DNA of 64,000 nucleotides, taken from contig MU058824.1 in NCBI GenBank assembly GCA_013265495.1, positions 3,065,111 to 3,129,110 on the forward strand, in the 5' to 3' direction. This stretch comes from Vicugna vicugna. Lineage: Eukaryota. The notes below the pieces were generated by a model. The model was not told where the DNA came from. It saw nothing but the letters and a program-made list of their open reading frames with translations, and searched no databases. Positions 42,601-54,110 of the stretch are shown here, in pieces (position 1 is the stretch's first letter; the number at the start of each line of letters is the position of its first letter). The position numbers and the translations under genes are program-made.

Positions 42601-43399
42601 CTATCCCCTTCCCAACCCTATCTTGACTAATTCATCTTCTAATCATTTTTCTATCTTGGTTAAGTGTCACTTTCTCAGGGAAACCTTGAACACCCTAGTC
42701 CACAACAGGTTCTTTCAAGCCTTTATCTCAATTTGAAAATATGCATTATGAAATTATTTAGAATGGTTATTAACATCTAGTTGTACCAACCGGCCCCAAA
42801 ACCAATGAAAATGGTGCCATTAGCTATGGTGCACCCCACTGCCACCTCTGTATCTGGAACATAGCAGATGCTCAACAAATATCTGCTGAATGAGAGGATG
42901 AATGAATGAACAAGCAATGACTAGGAATCCAGAGACCTTGATCAGGGGAGTTGTATTATCTATATCCTCTCATGGTAGAACTGTATGTACATTTCTTCCT
43001 TTGTTGTTAAACTTGTTCGTGTACTCATAAAACAAAGTATATATATTATATACATATGTATATCTCACTCTGAAAAGGCTGGATAAATTTATCCAGCCTG
43101 GGACCTTCACAGATGCCCCACATCATAAGATGCCTCTCTGCAGCGTCTTACTGGACCAAAGGCAGAAAGGAACGCACACTTGCCCTTCAGGGCAAATGAG
43201 GCACAGGGCACAGGGAGTGTGCAAGCTCCCTACCCCTGACCAAGCTTAGGTGGGAAAAATACAAGCCTACGGTGACAGGGTATTTATTCAAAGTGTATTT
43301 ATTGAGCATCTAAAGTGTACCAGAAAATTCTAGCTCTGGACTAGCTCTGACAGACCTGCCAGGGAGCTTCAAGCACAGAGCTCCGTGTCCTGAAGGTGA

Positions 43400-44350
43400 G
43401 CAAATGAGTCCCGGGCCCGCCAGCCTCCTAGGGCCGGGCGGGGCCTCCAACAGTGACAGAGCGCTTCACAAAAAGCCAGGGGCATGAAGGCCGGCCGCCC
43501 CAAACGGACTCGCAAACCCCGGTCCGGACCGAGCGAGCGGGCCCTGGGCAGCCGCGCCAGGCGGAGGCGGCTTCCCGCCCTCCGAGGGGCCGCGCTTACC
43601 CGTCGGGCGAGTACTCGAGGTTGAAGACGGCCCCGTGGGTGCGAGTGCTGAGGTACACCGAGTCCGCGGGATGGATGGAACCATAGAGGTTAGTCATGGT
43701 GCGGAAATTGTCCCGCGCCGGGTCCACGAACAGCCCGCGGCCCAAGCTGCGCTCTCTTAGCCACCCGAACAGCCCGGCGCCAGGGCCGCCCAGGCCGGCG
43801 CTGAGGCCGTGCCAGCCCCGGCTCCCGACCCGGCCGTCTGGCCCCTGTAGCCAGAGAGGCGGGGAGGGCGGTGGCGACTCTCCCTTGGGCGAAGCGATTG
43901 AGGATTCTAGAGCCCCGGGCGACCCGAGCGCCCCCGAGCGCCCGGCGGGGGGCAGCGATTGGGCGCGCGGGCGTCGAGGGTTCCGGCAGGGTGACGGGGG
44001 AGGGGCTGCGTCAGCCTCGGGCTGTGGCTGCGCCGGCGGGGAAGGGAGCGGCCCGGCGGCTGCCTCCTGCCCCTCGTGGAGTGCCGGCTCCTCAGCCCGG
44101 GCTCCGGCCGCCCCTTCCCCTCCGGGGCTACGGGGCCCAAAGGGAAACATGACCAACGCCCCCGCCCCCCGCTCCGGGCCGCTGCCCCGCCGGCCGACAC
44201 CTCAGCGGTCCCGCTCCAGCCGCCACTTCCGGCGTGCGGCGGCCTAACCCTGCCGGCTGGGAAACCCGCGCCGCCCTTCGGCCGTCATCCGCCGGGGACC
44301 AAGAAAGTGGGGACACCGCCCGACTCGTGTGCAGCCGCAGCCTGGGGAGT
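43400..44350 (-). promoter_or_regulatory. DCAF10 CpG island / promoter
   Basis: Dense CpG and high GC spanning exon 1; ETS/GABPA motif CCGGAAGTG (minus) at 44224-44232; GC boxes near 44160 and 44270. Confidence 0.85.
43600..44150 (-). CDS. DCAF10: DCAF10 (WDR32) coding exon 1
   Basis: ATG at 44150 (MFPFGPRSPGG...HGAVFNLEYSPDG), recognisable DCAF10 N-terminus; donor GG|GTAAGC at 43599; 551 nt, ends in phase 2. Confidence 0.96.
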
Positions 44351-46438
44351 TGGAGGTTGGGAGTTACTAAGATGTATTTGTGCCTAACTGAGGATGCTCA
44401 CGGTCTGGGCTGCATAGGGTGGTGGTGGCATCTGGGCACCGCGTGCGACATTGTCAGTATGTGGTTGTCAGTGACCGGACTGTGTCCTTGGGGATGACAG
44501 GGCCTGACTAGTCAGTCTAAGAGGCTGGGTATGATTATGTGCTGTTCACATAATCATCCCTACTTTACACTGAGCTCAGAAAAAGGAGACATGACCATAT
44601 TACGTGCTGCTCACACACAGTAAATTGCATGTTGTACTGCCTACTCGGCCTGGGAATCTAGGGACTCGTCAACTTCTGCGCTAAAAAGCCCTGGTTTGTA
44701 CAGTTCCTGGAAAATTGGCCTACTGGTGCCTTGGATATCTGCCCAACTCCCTAACCTGACCTACTGGCCAAAGCCGTCCTCTATGCACGAAGGAGCATAT
44801 ATCCAGCCAGGAGTCACAGAAGGTAGCTGGAGATGTGAGTTAATCCAACCATACAAACAACAGAGTCGAGGGTCAATCCTGCTTATGTCTGCCAAGCAGG
44901 GTATGGAGAGCATAACAGATGCAAGGCCCCCAAGGGCCTCAAAAGGTTAACTGGAACTGGGATGTTTCTTGACGAGGGAAGGAGAGTCTTCTGTGAAGGG
45001 AAGCTTGAGGTACAACAAGAGGCAGATATAAGAACTGACAACTCTTCTAGGCCTTGATCAAGAAATAAGTTGAAAAGCTCCCATCTGGTGACTGTCCAGG
45101 ATAGATCTGAAGGATCTCTGGAGGAAAGGAATGGGATTCAGAGAGAGCTGAACTTTCAGCAGGTCCTCCCACCAGCAAAGTTATTAGTTATTCTGCTCTC
45201 TTGTCCACCAGCTGACTGAAAAAAGGGCAAGAAGCAAGCATCCTGTGTTCAGAGAACATCACGATAGCCATTCCTCTAGAGATATTCCCCATGTAAGAGG
45301 CAGAGGTTTGTTTTATGACCTTAGTGACCCACAACTTTTGACTGCAGCAAATGCTTAATAAATGCCCTCTGCTTGATTCCCAAGTTATGGTCAATGGCTA
45401 AAATTTTTTTGGTTTATAAAACCTTGACTGTGATAGTTTTACCAATGTTATTAACTTTCTCAATAAGTAAAATAAAACTCAGTTTTAAAAGGTTACATAT
45501 TCCAAGGTATTTAAGATATGATTCCACAGAAAAACACAAACTCTGTAACAAGAGTTTGTGCTGTCTCAAGATAATCAGATTTCACCATTCAGGCAACTCA
45601 GAATTAACACACTAGAGCCCCCAAACTGATTAAGAACTGTTCACTGGCAATTTACAGAATCTAAAGAAGCTAAGTGGGAGCCAAAACATTTTGTAGGTTT
45701 GCAAGTACCTCTATCAGTTAGATAATGAAAATGATTCTTGAAAAGTTAAGATAGCCACAAACTTCAGGCAGTGGTGGTTGTCACATGCAGAACAAGTCAT
45801 TTAGTAATGTCAGGTTTTTTTTTTCTTATGCTTCTACTTAAAATGTGGGTGCTCTCTTGTTCCAAATATTTTTACTAAAACCTAAAATAAGAATAAACTA
45901 CATAAGGACTAAGATTCTATTGAGATGACTATGATTTTATAACCCTTCAGTTAAAAAAAAATCACTGGAGGTTAATGAAAAAGGCATTAAAGACAGAACA
46001 ACTTTGCACCTGCTTCTATTTACCCACTGCCTGTGAGAGCCTTTAAGTACAACCATGTTAACAAGGAATTGATTTCAAACCAGTCTATATAGACCAATGT
46101 TTATTAAACACTATTTTTGAAAGCTAAAAAATTTTCAACCTCAGTTGCTGAAATTCACAGATATCAGTTCATCAGAAATGCCCAAAGCATTCTCTGAACT
46201 CCTTCGCCCCCTGATGCTCCTTCCAGATCACAGCAAGAGTGAAATATTGGCAAAGGTTTCCCCTAGGCCCAAGTATCACATGCATGTCCCTTAGGATCTA
46301 TCTCATCAAGCAAGCAGGGAATAAATTTATTTACTTTCTTCCCTATTCATTGACTAAACATTTTAAAATTTAACTCCCAACTGATATCTTATAATGCAAT
46401 GGTCCTGAATGTAAACACGGGCCTTTCTGTCCAGGCTT

Positions 46439-46732
46439 TTATACTTTGGGAGCAGCAGGTTCACTCCTTATGTCTCTGACGTTACTGGTTCTACCCATCA
46501 AATAGAATTCTTTTTGGGGGAACAAGATTGACAAAATGAGCAAGACAGTTTGACATGGCATAAAAAGCTGAAATTGCAGCTATATCCCAGGCATCTTCTG
46601 GTTGAAGCCATGCACCGCGAGCTTTTTGAAATGATCATCTGTTATTTCATCAGCTCAGGAAACAGCAAGTGCAAACTCCAGCATCGCCTTTTCCCGGGCA
46701 GGGAGGTCAGACTTTCTCCAGTTCACACAGAC
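46439..46732 (-). pseudogene. AhpD-like pseudogene exon 5 (disrupted)
   Basis: VCVNWRKSDLPAREKAMLEFALAVS*ADEITDDHFKKLAVHGFN(-1)EDAWDIAAISAFYAMSNCLAHFVNLVPPK(+1)EFYLMGRTSNVRDIRSEPAAPKV*; downstream minus-strand AATAAA at 46326-46331 and 46100-46105. Confidence 0.88.
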
Positions 46733-47149
46733 TTCCAAGAAAACACACAGTCAGAAGCAGAATCTCTGTTCATTACAATGCAGCCAATGAAACACAAGGC
46801 CTAACGAAATAGGCATTAATGAAAGAACCCAAGGTTAGAGTAAAGGGGCAAAGTCAAGCCAATATAAACTTTCTAGACAGATAAGTATCTTGGTCAAGTC
46901 CAGTGTAATACAAACCTGAATTCTAGCTCAGCACCACCTCTAACAGGAAATCTTTGCTCACTCAGACTACAAGCACTTCTCTCTCCTCCAAACACCTATG
47001 GCATCAAAATCCTCAGAACCAAGACTCAGAGACTCTTAATACTTAAGGACCCCAAATCCCAGCCTTTTCATATGAGAAAAGGGAAGTTCAGATAATTATC
47101 CCTTTGTCCTCACTTAATCCCAAATAAGACACAATATTTGCAAAATTAA

Positions 47150-47372
47150 TAGCTGACACTTAAGCAATTACTATGTGCCAAGAATGTGTTCAGTGCTTCA
47201 TATTCATTATCTTATGTAATTCTTGTAAAATCCTAGGAAGTAGTACTTTTATTATCACCCCCAGTTTTATTGGCAAAGAAACTGAAGCTCGGAGAGGTGA
47301 AATGACTTACCCAAGGTTACAAAGCTAGAGAGTGGCAGAGGTGGGATCTGAATCCAAGCGTACTGGATTCCA
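47150..47372 (-). mobile_element. MIR SINE
   Basis: Core GAAACTGAAGCTCGGAGAGGTGAAATGACTTACCCAAGGTTACA. Confidence 0.75.
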
Positions 47373-48335
47373 TTACCCTTGCTGAAGCAAAATACTGGAA
47401 ACCACTAACCACCTAAAAACAGGAAGAACAGTTCCAGCAAACCATGGTGTAACAGCACATCCGAAGGTCACAAGGGAGAGACTGATCCTGGGTGAGGCCT
47501 GGTGGCTAGGCAGGAGGCTCTCAGCAGGCCAAGGAGATGATGTACCTGTCTTGTTTTGCTTCAAGCTGGCAAAGGAAGCCCTCAGGGAATAATTTTCAAG
47601 GTCTCCATTCAGGTGGAGTCAGGAGGGAAGATGACCCTCCCTCAGGAATAAGTGCAGAGAACAGATGTTTCTGTTCTTTGGCCCAGAGGATCAGGAATTT
47701 CATAGTAGGGATCAGTAGGATTTTGTAAGCATGGTGACAAACCCATATTTGCTGCGTCTTTATCTTCAGTCCATTCTCTGGGAAGAATTAGCATGACCTC
47801 TGGCACCCAAAGAGCCTGACTTTGGATGAAACAAAGAGAGGGTAAGCTGTTGGCTTGGGGACTGAGACCCATTTCACTACCAGTCTTGTTGGGAAAGGGT
47901 TGGTAGAGGCGGCTCCAGAATGGGAGGCTGACTGGGCCAGGCTTGGGTAACCCAGCAGTAAGAAATAAAAGGAAGCCTAAGAAACTGGTTTGGGCCCATT
48001 AGGAATAAGTAGTGGGTAGACTATAAATTCACACTGGGAAATGCAAACAGTATAATGTAGCAGAAAGAGTGCAAGCTTTGAAAGGGGACTCAGCCACATT
48101 CTAGTTGTATGCCCCACATTAAGCTCCAGCTCTGCACCTGCAAGGTAAAATGCTTGTAATAAGGCTCAACTTAGACGGGGAGTTGGGTGCATTCAAGAGA
48201 ACGTCTGCCGAGTATCCAATACCAGGTCTGGCATGAAGCTTCAGCTTAGCTAACCACTGGTCCTAACTATCAGGTACACACAGAAGCAGGTGGGCACAGG
48301 GATGGGAAACTGGAAGAGGAGAGGTAGACACTCAC

Positions 48336-48466
48336 CTGGTCAGAGAGCACTGGGTTCTTTAAGAAGACCCTGTACCAAGCACTGTGGACAGCCACGCTGT
48401 ATGTATACCTATTGGCTAGGCTGGTCACCACAATGATGAGTTCTTTGTCAGCTCTGCTGAGCTGGC
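48336..48466 (-). pseudogene. AhpD-like pseudogene exon 4 (active-site exon)
   Basis: ctcccttcccag|GC CAG...GAC CAG|GTGAGT; 131 nt open: QLSRADKELIIVVTSLANRYTYSVAVHSAWYRVFLKNPVLSDQ. Confidence 0.9.
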
Positions 48467-49475
48467 CTGGGAAGGGAGAGGAGAGGAGAGCTGCCATAAG
48501 CCCTGGACAGCAGCTCAGAAGAACCCAGACAGGCGCCACCATATTTTAGCAGGTTGCCCATCCACCTACGCACCCACCCATTCACTCATGCATTCATTCC
48601 CAGTCCCTTGCTCCTAGCTACCCTGTTTTACTTTCTTCGTGATACTTAACACTTTCTGAAGTCAACTTATCCTTTTATCTTATTTGGTTGTTCACTGTTT
48701 TCTTCTCTCTAGGATATGTTTGAAAGTCTAGGCGTTTTCTGACTTGTTCACCACTATCTCCCCAGAGGAATGCCTGACATATAGTGGTTGCTCAGAAAAA
48801 TATGTGCTAAATGAATGACTAAATTCAAGAAATATTTTCTGAGGCCCATCAGGTACTGGACTAACACTTTTTTAAAAGGTCCTAACCTCAGGGGACCTGC
48901 TCCTTAGGGGTCAGCAGAGGCAGAGAAGGAGGGAATCCACGTTGGTACCTGGCACCATTCTGGGAACTTTACATAATCCTCACCCCAGCTCTGCAGAGTG
49001 AGTATTAATGCCACTTTACTAGTAAGAAAACCAAGGCTTTGGGACATTTACGTACTTTGCTGAAGTTCACGTGCAGATTTATGGCAGAATCAGATTTGAA
49101 CACAGGACCTGTCTCTTCCCACTGAGATGGAGAAGCTGTGGCAGCTGTGGAAAGATAAAGCAGTAGGCACTCAGCATGCCACTGAAGAAGGACAGATGAA
49201 GGAGGCTGTGGAGTTCAGTGGAGGAAGAGGCCCTTGTAAGTGAAGGCAGATGAGATGGACTTCGGAGGAAAGTTCAGATTCACAAAGCGTGGACAGGATA
49301 AAAGGCATCCCAGGGGCACAGTGAAGTGTGAGCCAAGTTAAAGAGGGGCGATATCATGAGACCTGAGTGCTCTGAGGAGTAAAATGTAGCTCACCTTGAC
49401 TGGTCAGAACATAAAGAGGGGCTGGAGGAAATGAGACCGGGAAGGCAAGCTGGTGTTAGGCCATGGAGAATCATT

Positions 49476-49876
49476 GTGACAGATATCTCCCAGTCCCTGC
49501 TTCTTCCTCTTCTTTTAATAATAGAATCCCTTAATTTTAGCTGGGCACGTGACCACACAGCTTCCCTGACAGCTAGATGTAATGAAGTTCTAGCTAATGG
49601 GATGTAAATGGAAGTGATGAGTGTGACCTCCATGTCATGACCTTAAAAGGAAGGAATGTGTGCCCACAAGTGTCCATCTGTCTCTTTCTGATGGTGGCAG
49701 TAGTGAGCCAGCATGAACATGTAACCAAGAGCAATCTCAGACAGCAAACAACACTGTGATGCCCCTCAACAGCTCACATGGGACTATAGGTGAGAGAGAG
49801 GAAAAAAACATCTTATTTAAACCAATGTGTCTTTGGATCTGGCTAACAGCAGCCTAACCTGAACCCTAAGTAAGAA
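49476..49876 (+). mobile_element. MLT1-type (ERVL-MaLR) solo LTR
   Basis: TG start, CTTCCCTGACAGCTAGATGT...GGAAGTGATG, MLT1-like 3' end. Confidence 0.55.
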
Positions 49877-50185
49877 ATGCATTATTGCCAGTCTAAAATC
49901 CCTGAACTTTATTATCTAGGGGGGTGTAGGGAGCCAAAGGGATTTTTAGAACAAAATTAGAAAGATGAGCCAGAGTTATTACCAAACTTATTTCAGTTCC
50001 ATACATATAACTGTAAAGTTGCATTCAGACCCCAGCCTCAGAATCTGGAGGCTGTCTCAGCCAACTACAGTCTTTCTGGGCTTCTTCCTAGCTCCAAAGT
50101 GATCTGGGACTATGTGGGAAGGACCTCTAGCAAGCAGGCCCCTGAATCTTATCCAAGAATGATTTAGCACTGTTTTTCCACTAAC

Positions 50186-50285
50186 GTGTTTCCTTGTTGC
50201 AGATGGCATTGTAATAAGCAAAGAAGGCTCTGAATTCCAATGGCCGATAAGGCAACACTTTAAATATATTTGGTAAAAATCCTGT
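50186..50285 (-). pseudogene. AhpD-like pseudogene exon 3
   Basis: Long pyrimidine tract ...ttcttctctgcag|ACA...ACA C|GTTAGT; 100 nt open: TGFLPNIFKVLPYRPLEFRAFFAYYNAICNKET. Confidence 0.9.
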
Positions 50286-50629
50286 CTGCAGAGAAGAAAA
50301 AAACAAGGAAAGATAAAATGACAACTTAGAGCAGGATAGGCAAACAATAACTGGTAGTTCCCATACTGTCTGCTGAATGCCAGATGCAATCTTAGGAAGC
50401 CACAGCCTTGTGAAAAGCACAGTCCACACATACGTTCACCTTTTAGGGTATTTTAAGTGTTACTTCTAAAGGTGATTTCTTTTTGGTAAGTCATGTTATG
50501 AAACTTAGAGAGTGAATTTGTAAGTAAACCAAATGACGCTTCTTAGAATTTAGATTTTACTGATTTCCTCCCTTTTCACAGAGGGGCTTGTTTATTTCTA
50601 AGAATTAAATCAGTAACAAGTCTTGATAT

Positions 50630-50815
50630 TAGTAAAGTACTTTGTAAAGTTCTTTCATACATCCAATCTCATTCTTCCTTCTCCACAACTCTGTAAGGTA
50701 GTAAGGCAGGTATCATTATCCCCAGTTTACAGATAAGGAAACTGAGGCCTGGAGAGGTTCAGTGACTTGCCCTAGGCTATACCAAATGTAAGAGGCAGTC
50801 TTGGGAGTTTGACAT
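50630..50815 (-). mobile_element. MIR SINE
   Basis: Core TTTACAGATAAGGAAACTGAGGCCTGGAGAGGTTCAGTGACTTGCCC. Confidence 0.75.
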
Positions 50816-50843
50816 TGGGTTTTCAGTATGTTTTCTAATGGGA

Positions 50844-51427
50844 TGTTATGGCAGATGTTATGTTGGCTGCTACCCAGCAGCCATTTCTTCCCTTTTCCCT
50901 TGACAACTGAACCTGGCTGTTGTTCAGATATCAGATTGCCATGGGCCCCAGGGATGGCCAAGCCCTTTCCCAACTCTAGTGGGTGAATCCTGATTGGTCT
51001 AAACCAACTATAGTGATTCTATTCTACTTGTCAGTGATTGGCCTAGGAATGGGCATGTGATACCATTGTGCCCAATAAGAAACAGGGAAATCAGCTAGGA
51101 GCCTTCTCTCTCCAAAAGGAATATGAGAAAAGGGTGTAGCCTCCATGCCCCTTCCATTACATCCAGGGGTTGTGCAGGGATGTAATGTTTGCTGCTGCTA
51201 TAGCCATGGAGAGACCAGGAGGTCCCAAGTCTGAGCACAGAGTCATCACATTAAGGAAGACAGAGCCAAAAAATGCAAAGAACTTGATCTTTGACCTTAT
51301 CACTGAGCCACTGGATTCACTCTGTGTCTGGACCTGCTGTTATGTGAGACTCTGAATTGTCCTTACTGTTATACCAACTGAATTGGATTTTCTCTTACTT
51401 GTAGCTGAAAGTGCCCTAATAATAGAT
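50844..51427 (+). mobile_element. MLT1-type (ERVL-MaLR) solo LTR
   Basis: CAGTGATTGGCCTAGGAATGGGCATGTGA...TTACTTGTAGCTGAAAGTGCCCTAA. Confidence 0.6.
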
Positions 51428-51607
51428 GGTACAGGTTCATTACTGGTCTAGAACACATGGTAGAAAGAATCATTTATATCAGCCATAGCAGGGGCTGGGC
51501 AGGAGGTGAGGAAGTGAGGAGGTGTGGACAGGTACTGAGAAAGAGGCTGAGGGTTCCAAACCTTTCCCATCAGACCATTTGGGTTTTTATCTTTTCCTCT
51601 TCATCTT

Positions 51608-51693
51608 CTTTTTTTCAAATGGAAGTACTGGGGATTGAACCCAGGACCTTGTGCATGCTAAGCAGGCACTCTACCACTGAGCTATATCCTCCC
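51608..51693 (-). mobile_element. tRNA-derived SINE (camelid type) in intron 2 of the pseudogene
   Basis: Reverse complement GGGAGGATATAGCTCAGTGGTAGAGTGCCTGCTTAGCATGCACAAGGTCCTGGGTTCAATCCCCAGTACTTCC plus A tail. Confidence 0.85.
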
Positions 51694-52517
51694 TTCTATC
51701 TTTTCTATATAATGGATTTCTACACAAGATTTTGTTTGGAAAAAATCCACAAAGTACCAGCACCAAGGTTGAAAAACAAAAGTTTAAAGCAAACATCTGT
51801 GTTCAAAGAAGAGTTTTATAATTTGGCAATATAAAACACCAGCTTTAAAAAGTACCCTCAAGAAATAATTCAGGGATGTTCAAAAAGATATATGCATAAA
51901 CATCTGTTACAAGTCCTTAATGTACAAGATTGGGAGATTGCTGAAATAAATTAAAATATCTCTATTAGCAATGCTATATCATGCAGTCACTAAACATCAC
52001 ATTGACCTAGAAAAATCTTCATACCATGATCTCATTAAAAAAAAAGTTACATGTATATTTATACAAAGAAAATAGGGAAGAAAAATGCTAGCAGTGGCTG
52101 ACTTTAGTGGAATGAGGTAATTTTTATTTTTTAATTTTCTGCTTATTTAATTTTTCTAATTTTTCAACATGTAATTGCAGGAAAGAGCAAGGTACCTCTC
52201 ACACTTGTTGAAGCAGCTGGCACGTATCTCATGGGTCTATCTTCACACCATGCTATGGTGCCAGAGGGAACTACAGCACCCACCTCAGTGAGCAGAGGAC
52301 TGAGTGACAAAGAGGAATCTCAGAACTTAAGAAGCTGTGCCTAAGAAAGAGGAAAAAAATGCACGTCATTCTGACTGGGATACAACTGGACCCCAAAGGA
52401 AGGGTTCATCCACAGGAGGAACTTGGGCAGACTGGGACAACCAGTTCCAGGGATTTATACTCTAGCAGACAAAGGTCTGCACTGGCTGTGACTCCCTGCA
52501 TAAGGTGAGTGTCTCAC

Positions 52518-52697
52518 CTTCTTTTCTATCTCCTCCATGAGCTCTACAATGTCAAAAGACAGGTCCTTTTTGTAGGGAGTAGGGTAATGGCTGATGGGTT
52601 TGGACTTCTCTTCCTGCTGAGTCTCATAAAGGTGCAAGTTCAGGGTCACCACAGGTAACTTTTTCCAAAATCTACTTGTCACAAGGTGGAGAAGACA
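52518..52697 (-). pseudogene. AhpD-like pseudogene exon 2
   Basis: tttgcttcctttcag|TGT...AAG|GTGAGA; 180 nt open: CLLHLVTSRFWKKLPVVTLNLHLYETQQEEKSKPISHYPTPYKKDLSFDIVELMEEIEKK. Confidence 0.85.
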
Positions 52698-53139
52698 CTG
52701 AAAGGAAGCAAAGACAGGTTTGGATGGGCTACCAAAGGAATGGCCTGGATAGCTAGTTTGTATATCTGGGCTTAAATGAAAGATGGTACCTCCTGGTCCA
52801 ACTCCCACTGATTACAAGTCCCCTTGAGCAATCAGGAAAAGGATTCTGGCTCAACAAGAAACAAAAAAAGTACTTAAAAATTATTTTTTAAAAACCTGTG
52901 GGACAAATACACACAAAAACGTCTACAAGCTGCATCTGCTAGCTTAAAAAGCCAGTTCATGAAACCATCTGAGGTATGTACCCAGGCACAGGGCTTGACA
53001 TTAGGTGAGTGTATAAATAACAGTTACTATTGGCCAACTAGAGTTTAAAATTTTTTGTTTTGTTTTGTAGAAATACCAGACACTTCATGGTTTTGAAATA
53101 CAGAGACTGGGTTCCACCACCAGTCTTCATACTACAGCA

Positions 53140-54110
53140 CAATCCAAAAAAACTTTTTACACTGAACATCATCAAAATTAGAAACATGCTTCAAAAGATA
53201 CCATTATGAAAATGGAAAGACAGTTCACAGACTCATAAAAAATATTTGCAAATTATATACCTCATAAAGAATTTATATCCAGAATACATTTTAAAACATT
53301 TTATAACTCAGTAAGAAGACAACATACTTTAAAAATGGGTAAAATATCTAAACAGACATTTCACCAAATTAGACATACAGATGGCCATTAAGGACATGCA
53401 AAGATGCTCAACATCACTCTTAGGGAAATTCAAATTAAAACCACAATGAGATAACACTTCACACTTGGTGTAATAAAAAAGACAATAACAAGTATTGGTG
53501 AGGATGTAGAGAAACTGGAACCTTTATGGTGGTGGAAATGTAAAGTGGTGCTGCAACTTTAGAAAAGTTTGGCAGTTTCTTGAAAAGTTAAATATAAATT
53601 TATCACAGAGCCCAGTAGTTCTTTCCCAGAGAAATGAACTCATACATCCACAAAAAGACTTGTATGCAATTGTTAATTGCATTATTCACAAGAGCCAAAA
53701 AGTGAAAACCTGAATGGATAAACAAAATGTAGTGTATCCATACAACAGAATACTACTCAGAAATAAAAAGTAATGAGCTACTAATGCATGCTACAAACAT
53801 AGATGAATTTTAAAAACATCAAGGTAAGTGAAAGAAGCCAGAACAAAAACACTATAAGTTGTATGATTCCATCTGTATGAAATGTCCAGAAAAGGCTTAT
53901 AGCCTATGAGACAGAAAGTAGATTAGTCATTATGTGGAGCTGGGGTGGGAACGGGAGTTGATTACAAATGCGCATGAGGGATATTTTTAGGGTCACTAAA
54001 GTGTTCTAAAACTGGATTTTGGTGACGGTTGCACAATTAATAAATTTACTAAAAATAACTATATTTAAAGTGTCTGAAATATATAGTGTGTAAAGCAGTT
54101 TTTAAAATGC
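53140..54110 (+). mobile_element. L1M-type 3' end in intron 1 of the pseudogene
   Basis: AAACAGACATTTCACCAAA...CAAATTAAAACCACAATGAGA...GGTGACGGTTGCACAA. Confidence 0.85.

Noticed and set aside
43453..44497. Several overlapping ORFs, including the 183-aa plus-strand ORF 43696..44247
   Set aside because: Stop-poor shadows of the GC-rich DCAF10 exon 1 island with no recognisable protein.
47546..47819. Possible extra minus-strand exon (AG at 47820, CAG|GTAC donor)
   Set aside because: Stops in all three frames, weak donor, and no gap in the AhpD-like alignment between exons 4 and 5.
48467..48542. Signal-peptide-like start MVAPVWVLLSCCPGLMAALLSSPFP of ORF 48270..48542
   Set aside because: It is intron sequence and the pyrimidine tract upstream of the exon-4 acceptor; family similarity begins only at 48466.
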